Of a stretch of 64,000 nt of DNA, positions 37,036 to 50,620 are shown in pieces. The DNA is taken from NCBI GenBank assembly GCA_964036045.1, contig OZ038378.1, positions 37,262,001 through 37,326,000 of the forward strand, written 5' to 3'. The notes under the pieces were generated by a model. It had not been told where the DNA came from and made no database searches. It saw only the letters and a program-made list of their open reading frames with translations. The position numbers and the translations under genes are program-made. The DNA comes from Eutreptiella sp. 'Long Island Sound 2002'. Its lineage: Eukaryota; Protista; Euglenida. Every line of letters begins with the position of its first letter. Within the stretch, counting starts at the first letter, position 1.

Positions 37036-40000
37036 GGGGTGGTGGGTGACGGGGTGGTGGGCGGCGACGGCAAAGGAGGGGTGAGTTCTGGGGCGCCCCG
37101 TGCCATGCCAACGACGCAGGAGCAGTAGCCGAGGGACGTACAAAGAGACTAACATCATGTGCCCTTGCCGGCACCCTAACCTACAATGTATTTTTCATTT
37201 ACCCTTTATCGACACTTTGCTTTTTGTGTCGCTTGCCTGTCCGGTTGGTGTTCCGGTAACTTGTTCCGGCGGTGTTCTCGGGGTATTCTGGCAAAAACTG
37301 TTGTTGTCATGTTGTGTTCGCAAAATCAGCCTCATTTGTTTTATTTTGAATGGCGGAGATGTTTGACACACGTTGGGGGTTGATTTGAAGTTTTGTTAAT
37401 GGCAAATATCAAAATTAAAACTGATTGGCTTGTGTAGTATGATCCTTTCATTTCCGTCATGATCTTGTGATTTGTATTGGGAGATATGCGTCTCGTCAAA
37501 GACATTTTGTGTTTGAATGGATGATTGTTTCCCATGCTTGTTATTCCTTTGTGGCGTTTGCTTTTCTTCTTCTGCTCAATTGCCGTCGCGAGCATGTACT
37601 TCTTGTTTTTCTTTGGTTTTTCTTCTATTTACTTGTATCTTTTTGTATAAGCGTTGTGGAGACTGACAGGAGACATCCCCAGCTATGCAGGGAGGAGAGC
37701 CACCCTTTGGAGTGACTTTGCTACTGCAAGTAACATGACTGTGGTTGCATGTAGAGGCCGGAACTCTTTGAGTTAGGCAAACATATCGTCAAATTGGAGT
37801 TCCTAGAACAGGATAGCTGAGGGTGCCTATTGTAATAGTAGGTGATGCAGCAAAACTCCTAGAGCCATGGCTATTGTAAGTCCAACTCTAGAGCTTGTTT
37901 CGTTTTGTTGCCGGAGTATCGTGTGTCGGTTGGTTTGGATTTTGTTGGCGTGTTGGCTGTTTGTTTTTGGTTTGTTTTTGTTTTTTGGGAGTGGTTTTTT
38001 GTTTTAGAGGACCTTTTGAGTTGCCCACCTTACAGGTTCAGTGACTGGTGGGTGAGTTGTATTCTAAGGACAGTGTCAAGTGGTGCAAGTTAGTTTAGTT
38101 CCAAAAGCAGCAAGGTAATCGAATACCAAAAAGGTCCGTCCCCATTATCGATTCCATTAGAGGCTTTGTCCTCAAATCGATTCATAGTGTAGGGGTCAGA
38201 CACAGAACGTTACTAGGCAAACATGAAACCCAAAATAAGTAACCCTATGAGAGTACTTTAGTACTCAAAGAGGGTTATTAACAAGGGATTCCACTTAGCA
38301 TGATGCCTAAGCAGCTTTTTTGCAACTAGTATTGTGTAAATAGAAGTGGAACTAGGCTTGACAGGACCATATTATTACAAAACAAGCAGGTTTTACACCC
38401 CGCTACCTCGCTAGGAAGATACACGCAACTGATGCACCAATGGCAAGGCAGGAAACTACTTCGCCGCCACGACCAAACTTCCCTAGCCGCAGATGGCGAG
38501 GTATATCTTTTGTGTTGCATTTTATGTCACCGCTCCTATGTACATTCTACGGTGTGTGACCTAGATGTCACGATTCGCACCCATGATTCACATGATTTGT
38601 TTTATACCCTCAGTACGGCCCACCCTTAGGAAACCGGCGTTGTCCATAGGTGTGCACATGATGAATGCTCGACGATCCTCCCTGCAACACCCGCAAGCAT
38701 ACATGACACCACGACAAAGTGAGTGAGTACTTCGCAACGAGAATATGCAAGTCTGTGGTATCTACACTGGAGGCACGTGCCCTGCTTGGTGTAACTCTTC
38801 TCCATCACATGACACACTCACCCATATGTACACACACCTGCATCATAGTAGTAATCCGACACATTAATACCACAAAAAATGCATGAATGGGTGCTGGCCC
38901 CATTTCTCTCTATCCACACTAGGCAGACGACATGCGGACATGCAGCTCCAGCCGGAAGATACGCCATGTCATAGCCACGGGCACAATTTGCTTGCCACAA
39001 ATGACGAAGTACGGCTTTGCGTGCTACATGCACCACTACCACATACACAAACAAGACACCACACACCGCCTCCTATCAGGTGGCCAACTTCAGCCGCAAG
39101 GGACCAAGCCCTACCCAATGGTCATGAGCTACTTCAGACCCTCCACCGAATAAATCTCTCTAAGGAGCAGGTACGGACAACAAGCAAGCACGTGAGCATA
39201 CAAAATGGAGACGGGGAAGCACCCCATGCAGCCCCCCCCCCCCCCGCGCCCCACTGCCCCAATTACTCACTCGCCAGAGGACAACGCCACATATGACGCC
39301 CAAAAACAGTGGAACATCCGAATTAAGCCACACAATTTCAACACACAAAGTTTGGAACCATTCATTCATGCCGACCTGCATGAAAGCTGTGATGTCTACT
39401 TTTACCAGGACCTTGCACGTGTCCCCTCGTTGACTTGTAGATGGGGATGGAACAAAAAATAAACAAAGCCCAAAAGCATCTGCTCGGTGCTCCCTACTGG
39501 CGAAGAGGGAGAAGGGCAAGCATCACAACCGAGGCCAACGTGGACCATGCCAACATGTCCGCCCGCAAAAGGCTACGCAGAAGAGGTTGCACGCAACCAC
39601 GCTACAAATCAACCTCCGTGGGTTAGTGGGACAATTGCTGGTGCGAAGGATGTACATGAGTAATGGCTTGTGGTTGAATGTGTGTGGTTCGTTGGCATAG
39701 GAGTCAGTGCCGACGTTTCTTCAACGAGTCTTGGAGGATGTGGCCCACCTGATTGGTGGCTTGGCAATCCAACGAAATGCCGCCAATATTCGAGGCACAC
39801 AACGCTGGATGGGCTCGGAACGACTGCTAGGCTACAATAAGCTGAGAATATGTGATCATCTTGCAACCTCGGCAACTCGTAATGCAACACAATGGGGTCA
39901 ACTATCGACTTGGTTTATGCTATCAAGGGAGTGCAACTGTTGTAATGTGTGCAATTTATGCTAAAATCACTTTTACCCATCTAAATGAGACCCCTCCACC

Positions 40001-42815
40001 ATCAAAACACTCTTGTGCGCAAATTTGTTACCAGATGTTTATTGCGAGCTCACAAATCCTTTCACCTTCAAATGCCATCTCAGGGGGAGTCGTCTGGTAC
40101 CCTATACATTATAGTGCAATAGGAGGCATCGTCTATTGACATATCGGTGGTACTTGCTACGGATGCTAGCAACGGTATGGGATTAGCGTATGTCACTGTA
40201 GTTATTCTGCTTTAAGACTGTGAGGGAAATGCCATTCTGTCTCAAGATATTGTCAATATGTGGAGGCAGGATGGCTTGTCCTTGCCTAGATGCTTCCTTG
40301 CCACCAAACTTTAGTCCTCCTGTGTTGTTGTTGCATTGAGTATTCCCACATATTGTGCATGTGTCAAAACATCTCTTTGTTACAAACAGTGCATTCTTTG
40401 CGGGGAGGCAAGGGGGGGCAGATGGGGGGGGGGGGGGCAATTGTGAAAGGAGAGTCTCATACGTTGGAGTATACATGATACCCAGTCTACATTCCTCTCA
40501 TGCTAAATCACTTGTTTGCGGTTAAAATGCATGTGGCTGGGTCGCAGATACATATATTGATTTAATATCCTATATTTTGGATTTGCAATTTGACAACCAT
40601 CCAACCGTGTGTATTTTAAGAGACCTTATGAAAGGTTGTGAAGTAGCGTCCTGTGAAGTTTGTGGTCATTTGGGTGTTGTACTCTGAATTGTCCCTCCTC
40701 CTACCATACATAGTGACCCAATGGAAAGTGTACATTCCCAACCCATAGGGAGTCAAGCCGGGTGGTGGGTGATCACATACATCATCACAGTACATGGCAC
40801 CATAGGTATGATTTGGGATCTGTACTGATGGAAATCTAATAGGTGTGGCTTGGGATCTGTACTGATGGAAATCTAATACACTTGACACATAAGCTCAACT
40901 AGAATCAAGATTCTATGCAAAGCAAGGCCACATGTTGACACCCGAATGGACTAGTTGTATCCTTGGTGACAATCATGTCCAAGCTGCGCAAAGTACAAAC
41001 GCTACCTTTGGCCCTTGCCACAAAGGATCTTGTAGCTCCCCCCAAGTGCCACCCTAGTCACGCATTGAGTGCCTCTCCATGTTCACTTGCAACCAACCCA
41101 TGATGGATTGAGACTGACTCAAACCCCGTTCCTTTGTTACCTATGTTTGGGACTCGTTTCCATTTTCATGTTTGTGTGCCTTCACATACCTTTCCATTAC
41201 CATCTCTGTCACCAATGACGCACTGGTCCATGCCCGAGATAAGGATACAGGCATGGCTCACAGCAATGCACGGTGTCCACACTGTGTTCTTTGCTAATAC
41301 TATGCGGGACCTGTCCAGCATTAGGTAGTTCCAAAGGAATCGCTCACCTCAGGCCGCCTATGCCTCCTTTTGTCTGGCGTAGAAGCGTGTGCTCCGAGGA
41401 TGGTTGAGCAGGGGACAACCACAGCCTGGTGGGCCCCTGGAGTTGTGTTAAATACTGCAGCAGTCCCACAGAATTGTAGCTGGGGCAAAGCTAAGAGGTG
41501 GCAGCATGGGTTACCGCTTCTTTGCGGGGCTCATGGTGTGCGGCGGGCAATGGCTGGGTCACAATCCTCCTCCTCTTTCTCTTCTTGCGCGTTTGAAAGC
41601 AGATCCCTGACAGTGCACCAGCCACGACCTGTCCAAGCCACACTCCATGTAGGGCCCGTTTGTTTTGGGTGTAGCTATAGGATACACGAGGTGGTAGCTC
41701 CCTGAGCTGGTATTGTAAATCGACTATGGATACCCTGACCGAGTTTGGATGTCTTCATACTCCCCCTCATCACCACCTTGACAGTCCAAGACGCTGTGTG
41801 GTGATGTGACAAACACAAGTGATAGCACTCACCCAGTGCGACAAAGCACCAAGGCAGCACCAGCCACAGGGGGGGCAGGGGTTGAGGCAGAGGCGCAGCC
41901 CCTGGCCCACGTGCTGCTCATCATGGCACGTTCGCACATCCCTGGTGCACATTTTGCATGCCACATTCTACATTTGCATGCCACTTTTCGCCCTGTGTCT
42001 GGTCTGTATTGGGGTGGACAACCCACAGGGAGTGCCAAATGGGAGGCTGAAGGTGCATGTAAGGGGTAAACCACAAGGGCACGGGGGGAAGCCAGGATGT
42101 TCCAAAAGCCCGCCGGCACAGACAGTGTGGACAGACCCTTCGAAATACTGCCATTGTTTAACAAAGCCGTCCACCAAGAGTTGCAGGAACTGATGCACTG
42201 AGAGGCGTGTAACTGTGATGCATTGCCTTTTGCACCTGGCACCCTCCATCGTGCCCACTCAACATGGCACTCCCTACACTAGAACAAAGCATGGCTGTCA
42301 GCCATCTTTCAATTGGGGCAGGGTGAAACGAGCGAAGCGAGGGACACCCATGCTACATTAAGACTTTACCTGCTCTTCCCAATGAGTAAGCCCACAAGTA
42401 CTGGCCACGCAATGCAGTTGGGTATGCTACGCACACGTACGCCCAAGGGGGTAATCCACAAGTATAGAGGGGAAGCAGGTACCTGGTGCCCCTACAAAAA
42501 CGGTTTTAGGTCAGGTTACACATGTCCAGCATTGAGGGTTTGTGTATGTTGTATTTGATCTGGAAGTGGCCCGGGTATCGTGGGTGGAGAGCTGGATTCT
42601 TTTGTGTGATGCACTGCCCCCCTGTGCCATGGCACCTCATGTCAAGGACCACAGCCGCCATGATGGCCAGATTCACACAGCGGAGGAAATGTGAAATCTG
42701 CTGTCTCCTGTATCACCACAAATGTTACCGCATCCCAACACGGGCAGAGATTTCTGTGCTTCAAAAACCCTACCCAGGCCACTTCATACAATCCTGAATG
42801 CCTCTTCATGCACAG

Positions 42816-43287
42816 ATGTGCAATGGTTCAAAGCCAGAGCTCATTGTGGAGCTGCAATCGCCGACGCTCTCTGAGGAGGCCACCGTCTCAGATGACGAGC
42901 GTCGGAGATCCCTGGGCTTCGCCAAGAAATTGCGGCAGTGGTCCCGACGTCGGCGACATCAGCTCCAGTCCGACCACCGGCGTCAAATTGAAGTGTACCG
43001 GGCCACTCAGCGACTGCAGTGGGAAAAGGACGGGGAGCTATACAGAAAGGAGCTAGATGAGCGCCGCTTGAGTTTGGAGCGCCGTGTCGAGAAGCTACAT
43101 GACGAAGCGATGCGGCCGGAGATGCTCATTGCAGACAAAATCTTGGCAGTCCATGCGCGAGCACAGATGGAGGTTAATTCCCAAAACAGCGAAGAAGTTC
43201 TGAGGCTAAAGATAGCAGAGGAAATCACTGCTCGGGTGGACGAGGAAGAGAGGCTGCAGGCAGACAAGCGCCGGATGTCTTCCATCT
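42816..43287 (+). CDS. Probable isolated host exon encoding a coiled-coil segment
   Basis: Stop-free E/R/L-rich frame of about 157 codons, flanked by a cacag acceptor (42815) and a gtgagt donor (43288). Confidence 0.5.
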
Positions 43288-46079
43288 GTGAGTGAGAATC
43301 GATATGTTAGAGCGTGGGCAGGACCTGCTTGTGGAGACGTGGCGTTTCCTGGCATGGCTGCCCTTTACTGCAGTTCACTCCATCACCTGTCAATGAGCAA
43401 TTTTTAGCCCGCAAAGGCGAATAGCAACCAAATGTGAGTCAAATGCCTGTTACAAGTACCAATTGCCATCCGTGCATTTTTCAGGTGTGCACGATATGCA
43501 GCTTGTTTTTTCAGCCGGAGGTTTAAGCCCGGTTGTCTAGATTCGTTGTCTGGGGCTTAGGTTGTGGTGACATGACAGTATCTGCAGACAGCTGTGCTAC
43601 TTGTCATGGTGACCTCCTCCTTGTTGATTGACCTCCTTATGGTGTACCTGTCCTACTTGGGCATGTGAGGCTCATGCGATGAGGTTTCTACTGCTTTAGC
43701 CCTGGGCATTGTCATGCAGTGTTAGGGACTGGCCAGTGAGACAAGACGCTTCCTCAAGGTGGAAGTATCAATCTCAATTCCAATCAGACATGTGCCCCAT
43801 CAGCATCCCCCATCCACCCCTTCTCCTCTCCCAATCCATTTTTCCTGCCTCCATGACCAAAGGTTGTACAAAGGGGTGCACCTTGCATAGTGGTTAATCT
43901 CCCTAGACATTAGTCTCAAGGTCATATTTGAGCCACCCTTTGCAGCACACACGCGTTCAAGGTCACTCTTCGCCTCACACCTCCAGCTGATTTCGAGGTC
44001 ACGTTCTGCGTTTCATCCCAATCATTCTCGCCAGTATCATTCCCCAAAGGCTAGGCTGAGCACAATCTAGTATAATACTGGACTCGAAGAGATGGCGCAC
44101 AAGCAAGCGCGGCGTTTGACGCTAAAGGAAATGAGAAGCACAAGGCAATTCAGAAACTTTCAAAAGTACTTTGCCGAAGTGGGGGTAGCGGCATTCAGAA
44201 AGGGTTACAGCTGAAAGGGGTTGTAGAGGATTCCATGACAGGATATGCTCATACATCCCCTATGCATCAAGCCACAGGTAAGGTTTCCTCAGCGGAGGGA
44301 GTCACCTCCAAGTGCATCCTTTTAAATTCACTCCATTTCTTGTGCACGAGCAAGGCATGGGCTCCAAGATTTAGAGGATTATTATATTTTAGGCAAAGAT
44401 GTCGATGGCAACATTGTTGCATGTTGGCAGCCACCTTTTTTAGCATGAGTGGCAACAAGTGTTGCAGTTGGTGAGGAAGGAGGTACAAATGAGAGAGACA
44501 GTCCCTCGCCAAATTCAACAGAAGCTGACTAAATCTCCAAGAAGTGTGGTATCCTTGTCAACAAGTTCCATACCATGGTGCAGCAACATGTGGTCATTCA
44601 ACGAGGACATGGCAAGGTACGCCATGACATGGGGAGGGATCATGCATGATGAGCCTTCACTACAACCGTACCAGGAGGCCATGAAAGGACGACAAGGCGG
44701 CTTTTGGAGGCATGAGGTGGTCTTTATGGACGAAACCAAGGAGCAGGGATCGCTTCTTGCACATTGCAAGGTCATGCGCTGAATTATGAATTTTCTGAGC
44801 GCTTGATGGGCATTTTTCTGGGCACCATGCTTAACATAGTTCTGGACCTGAGTTTGCGATCGCTGTACTCTCTTTTTCAAATCCTAATCCATATCTCTCT
44901 GGGACCTTGGGTTAGGTGCCAACACGGAGCGTTTTAGGGTGTCGGTGCCATTGCTGCCTCATTTGTGCCTCTTGAGTGCCTTGTGGGGGGGGGGTATGTG
45001 GGGTATATTCGGAAAGCGCTTGAAAAGGGCTATTTGGAACACCCAGGTCTGCATGCTGAACTGATGACATGTTTCAGTATTTCGTCCATTTTGGATGGTG
45101 CCTGTGTTGCTTGCTGCCTCATTTTGTCAACAGGCAGCCACCATGTCCGCATACAAATTTACGCAACGTGCTGTTGCTTCCCCTGATGCACCACAGTAAC
45201 CTTTGGTACAAAAAAGAGCACGCTCTGGGGGTGCAAATTGGGTGAAGGTGACCCGGGAGCCTGCCCGGCAGGCCAAAAAGCCTCGTACAGCCGGTTCGCA
45301 GCAACCTGCCTGCTTCCACAAGGAACACCAGATTCTGTCCACTGCAGAGGCCACTGCCTTTGCATCCCAGTTTTGGGATCGTAAAGAGCACCCCACCAAG
45401 GCTGCACAACATGAGTTTCTGGCAACCTGCATCGACGTATGTTCCTAGTCACAAGCAGGGGGATGTGTGCCCCAATGGAGTCCCGGCCCTTGTGGAAAGG
45501 CGCAACGATGACAATGAATCGGATTCAGAATAATGAGTGATCCTCAGAGCATTGCCTGTGCCCTGTGTGTCCGTCCGTTTACAGCTCTTTGTGCAAAACT
45601 GTGACCACCTACCCCCCCCCCCCCAATGATTGTCCGTGTCACGCAGACAGTGCTTTGCAGTTCGTCCCGTCCCTCGTCCCTGGATGGGGTAAGAGTCGGG
45701 CTGCTTCTACAGGGTTCAGGGCATTGTCGCCTTCGGACTGAGTTTGGGGCGTAGCGTTTGTTGTGTCCCACTTTGGCTCCCACCGTCGCACTGGCATGCT
45801 CGCTTGCGCTGGCCCCTCTCGGCCACACACCTGTGTTTCCGGGTCACCTGGTCGTGGGGGTTGGGGCGGTCAGAGGTCACCCTTGTGGGCCACTGCCACC
45901 GGCCCTGGGCTATTTAGGTCCTTAGGATTTAAAAACCCCAGTGGGTACTGGCTTTTTGGAGGTCAACATACAGCCATACAGAGGGTGGGAAGGCTGGGCG
46001 GCGCCGAGGCGCCTGCATGTGTGGTGTGTGTGTTTGCGTGTGCGGTTGTTCCCTGTGCCAAGTTCCAGCACTTCTCAGA

Positions 46080-46165
46080 AGGCGGCCGCTCAAGTGGCAG
46101 CGCACCCGGCGTTTGCCGTGAAGGAGGTGGTTCGAGTCCCGGGATCGGTGGTCTCCCACCGATCC
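46080..46165 (+). other. Degenerate tRNA-like (A/B-box) segment followed by a perfect hairpin; possible SINE head
   Basis: gctcaagtggcagcgc (A-box-like), ggttcgagtccc (B-box-like), then gggatcggtgg-tctc-ccaccgatccc. The cloverleaf stems do not fully pair. Confidence 0.25.
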
Positions 46166-46530
46166 CTTCGAATACCGGACGGGACCTCCTGTCGACCTGT
46201 TCGAGTACAGGTGGCGGCTCGCACTGCTGCAGGTGTGTGTGGTTCCTGCGTGTCACTTTTTGGGGGTTGGGGCAAAACGGACGAGACCTCCACCCGATCC
46301 ACCGGTACCGGTGGTGGCGCGGGTTGCTGTAGGGGGGGGTGGTTCCCACGACGCCGACTAGAGAGCTCTACGTGCAGGGAACCCAAGAGCACCAGCTCCC
46401 GGGTTCGAACCCCCGCACTGGACGACTGAAGACTACCGCTCTCACTACTGGGCCGTGCCGGTCTCTTGCCCTGGTTGGGGTTTGTGACGCTCTTGGAATC
46501 TGAACCTATGGGGGTGTGGGCTTGCGTGCA

Positions 46531-47905
46531 TTATGGCGTGCCAAACAAAGGGCGGCTGGGGTCCGGTGTTCCACACCGTGAGCCCTCCGTGCTGCACGTG
46601 ATCGTGGAGGCCGTTGCTGGTGATCTGGGTGCCAGCCAGGCCTCATCACAGCTGCCTGGGGGGGAGGGGGGGGCTGACGAGGGGAAGAGTTCCTGCCTGA
46701 CGTCACACATTGGTGTTTGCCGTGGTGAGCGGGAGACCGCCCGCGACCTCCATCCAGAGGCCGGGTCAGTACAGCCTGGTGAGTGGCGTGGTCTCTTGGA
46801 GACTGGGGTGCAGTCCTCGACTTCCAGTAGTGGAGTAACTCCCTGTCTGCGGGGGGTCGGGGGGGGGGGTGTGCCACGAGGAGGCGGGCTGGCCGCCCGC
46901 TCCTCCGGAGAAAACATGGGTTGCTCATCCAGGTCGGACTCGTCTTCCTGATCCTGTGTCTGACCTTCCTGCTGTGGGCGCCGGGCCGAGGTGACATACC
47001 CTCGGAGGAGGGGGGATTTGCGGCGGCCCATGTCAGCTAGTGTGTCCGCGTGTGTGTTCCCTACAATGCCAACGTGTGAGGGGACATGCAGCCAGCGTAC
47101 CGCTGCCCCTGCCTGCTCAATTTCCCCAAGGAGTTGCTCCCACAGGTCCACGTGGCCCACCGGCCCCCGCGAACCTTGCCAGTCATGGCGCCGCCATTTG
47201 CTGGCTTTGCTTGTGGCCCCCATGACCACTAGTTTTGAATCAGAGCAGATCAGTGTGCGCTTGTGCTGTGTCCTATGGCGAATGGCATGTATGGCCGCGA
47301 GGAGCTCTCCCCTGTTATTTGTTTGTTTCTGAGTGATGGGGATGCACTGTGCCGTGTCCCGGTGATCCCCGAAATATACCCCAAACCCTCCCACCATTCC
47401 CGCCTCCGGATGGACCTCCGACGAGCCGTCGGGGTAGATGGCTTCCCATCCCTCCGCTACATACTCATCAATGACTTTCTGATGCGCCTCCGCCATCGCT
47501 GGACCATACATGTCTTTTTTGCGTTTCCTGGGCCGCGGGTTGCGGAGCCTGGGGGGGGATGGGTGGGGCTGGCTGAGCCTGGGGTGCTGCAGGTTTCCTG
47601 TTTCCTTGAGGGATGCGATTGCTCGGTGCATGTCCCCCACTTCGGGCGTGGGGAGGGTTGGAGCTGGGTGCTCGTACCATCGCGCAAGAATGCACAGCCA
47701 CTGTGTGAGGAATATGTCCCATGTTGGGGGGGTGTCTCGGAATTTGACCGCGTTGCGCAGGTTCCAGGATGCCATAACCGCGGTCCACATGATCAGCCCT
47801 AGCGGGCTCTGGAGAGATAGAACTGGCATGTCCCACTGAGATGGCGATGAAGGTCGTGAGGCAGGCGCGGCTGGAGCTAAGTGGCGGGTCCACACCTGAC
47901 CAATT
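46531..47905 (-). mobile_element. 5'-truncated non-LTR retrotransposon ORF2 C-terminus with RNase H1-type domain
   Basis: SWNLRNAVKF (L1-type WxxRN tail), then IYPDGS..GFGVYFG..QTNNRGELLA..ICSDSK..WRRHDW..HVDLW..WLHVPSHVGIVGNTHADTLA, showing all D-E-D-H-D RNase H residues. Cut upstream at a C-run near 47910. Confidence 0.85.
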
Positions 47906-50454
47906 GAGGCCCCCCCCCCCAACCCATACATTTCTGAAACGGCCTTTTCTCACAGATTTCAAAGAGCATACACATACCCCCCCTTACGGAACGAAATTTG
48001 AGTGCATTAGACCATACGAAACGAAATTTTAGTGCATTGGACCAAAACGTGAGAAACCCTGAAAAATTGCAAATTTGCTCCGTGTTGGCACCTAACGGAT
48101 GTCACAGAGAGATATCCAATGTGATCCTTCTGAAGGTTGCATTGCTAACTTTGGCCTTGTTCACTATTTTGGGTGGAAGTCAGATTTTGGCTCATCAGAA
48201 TGGGATCAGCCTTGTTACACTACTTTGTTACAATAACAGCTTCATTCGATTTGTTCTGTTGTTCGTTTTGTACCAAGAGCATGTGTGCATCATGCATTCT
48301 TACTGGTAACAATATGGGTTGGCAAAACAGATGTCTTTCAAGGGCGGGTGATTTTGGATACATTAGCTGGTCTGTCTCAACAAGGTTTGTGCAATGTGTG
48401 CGGAGTGCTGCAGCCCCGCCCCCAAGCTTATTTCAAAGTGCTGCTGCGCCATGGTGGCAGCATGCTTCACAGGATGAGTGCTCCCTCCCTTTGACAGTGT
48501 GACGTGAAGAGGTCAATGCCAAAATGCTCTTGATGACATGCTTAGGTGGCACAGTTGTTGGTCCGTGCAAAAGAATGGGAGACCAGAAGAAAAGAGGGAA
48601 AGGGAGGAAAGACGCTCCAACACCATCTCCAGCACCTCTGCAACCTCCATCTGTTCTTGGGTGCAGAGGCGTGTAGGGAGGTTGAAGGGTTGATACCCAA
48701 AATCTCAGCAGACATGACACAACATATCGTTTCATGTCCACAAATGCAACACATCTGAGAGTGACTGTGCACTTAAGGGAACCCTTGCCCTTTATGGTTT
48801 TTGAACTCGACCTAAAATTTAACAGGAGAAATTGGAGGGGCACACGTGATGATTATCTCCAGCATGAGACCCAGTGTGACGCGGCATACGTCAATTTTGT
48901 GGTGTCCAATTTCATTGAAACTTGCAGATGGCTGCTGCTCAGGCTGCAGCATGTCTTCAATAACCATCAGAGAGGGCTGGTGATGGGGCAAGGGTTGTTG
49001 GGTCATAAAGGCAAGCAGGTGCACAAGTGTGTATGACCCAGCATGAAGCACATGCATTTATGTTGAATTTGATGGATGAGCAAATGAGACAAATAGACAC
49101 AAGTACCCCTCGCTTTGTCCTAACACAGGCTTGGGGGGCGAATGACTCTGATTGTTTTAGTACGGACGTGAGCCAGATGCGAAGAAAGCGTCGCAGGGGG
49201 GGGTAATTAAGAGTAATCCTGAAGGAGCCTAAAGGCCCTGAAAGTGACCTTAAACCCCATCGATGGGGGCATCTCACGGTGCGTTGCTGGACAGCATGGA
49301 CATTGGTGGCGGCACCCAGTGATGGATATAATTTTGGCGCCACTTGGGGGGTCCGGATTCGGGGGGGGGGGGGGGTCATTTTTGTGACTGGTCAAAAAAA
49401 ACATAAAGCGCCATAGTGGGAAAGTGCCAACCCCAAAATTATTGTGACCAAATAAGGTGTCTCCGGCAGAATGGCTCCTGTGCTTGCCTGTACTTGCCAG
49501 ATTTACTACTGTGTCTACTTGCACTGCAAATTTGTTGTGGCTGCTGGTATTTGTACACTGTGTTTGTATTCTGTTGCTCTAGGCCCTTTTGTTCCACACC
49601 GCGCAGGAGGCGTGCCTCACAGAATGTGCGCAAGCCATGTACGGATAAGGGGTGTGTGAGGAAGGACAGGAAGGAAGGACCTGTGTCCGTCGATTATGAT
49701 GATAATCTGGCTGAAATGTCAGATGGAGCGACCTCGTTGTCCTCCTTTGCATCTATTAGTACAGGGTCATCCAGTAGTAGTGGCAGCGATAGTGACTGTG
49801 ATAATGACAGGTCAAGTAGTGGTAGCTGCAGCGACAAAGACAATATTGCCACTGTGAGTGATGACAGTGAATAACATTGAATAACATTGAATGGTGTTGG
49901 CGAGGTTGCCACAGGGCTCTATGCTTGTCATGTGTGTTGTTGCAGCAGCCCCCCCCCCCCCCCCTCCCATGTTCATGTATGGGCTGAGGACTGCCCAAAA
50001 CAGCCGGTCTTAGGTCACTTTTTCTGTGACCAAATATCGTGACCTTTTTTGTGACCAAATGGGGGGGGTGGGGGGGGTTCCTCCAGATATATCCATCACT
50101 GGCGGCGCCTCAGGGCGCCTTGCTGGGCAGCCTGGACAATGTGTCGCGGCTTTGCCGTCTTGAAACATGTCGTACTGTCCAGGATGCCAAAGTGATTCTG
50201 GACGGTAGCGACCATGTTGATTTATGGCCTGGCACAGGCTTGTCCAAACAGCAGCATTACTGCGTTTCCGCACTTTTGGGCCTTTTTTGGAACCATGGTT
50301 TTGCGGTTCCAATCCAATAGAGAATGTGGTTGTAGCTTTCTGCAGGCTGTAGGAAGGGTCAATATTGGTGTCAAAGTGTTGGCATAGCTGTAATTGCATG
50401 TGCTTTTGTGTTCTGGGGTGTATGCTAGCCTGTTTGACACCCTTTGGTAGTGAT

Positions 50455-50620
50455 GAACAAATCTCTTTTTACCGCCGGAGTGCCTGTCACATACCAGCGG
50501 TACACGAACAATGAGTTTGTGCCTGCTTAAGTTTTGGGTCCCTCTGCACAATTTGAGCAGTACATTCGCGTTGTGTATGAGTGCAATGGTCATGAACAAG
50601 AGCATGATGCCCGCCGTGGA
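50455..50620 (+). other. Small SH3/Tudor-like coding module, copy 1
   Basis: LFTAGVPVTYQRYTNNEFVPA*VLGPSAQFEQYIRVVYECNGHEQEHD, similar to the module at 52560. Confidence 0.3.

Noticed and set aside
46080-46150. Functional tRNA gene
   Set aside because: Acceptor, anticodon and T stems do not pair properly.
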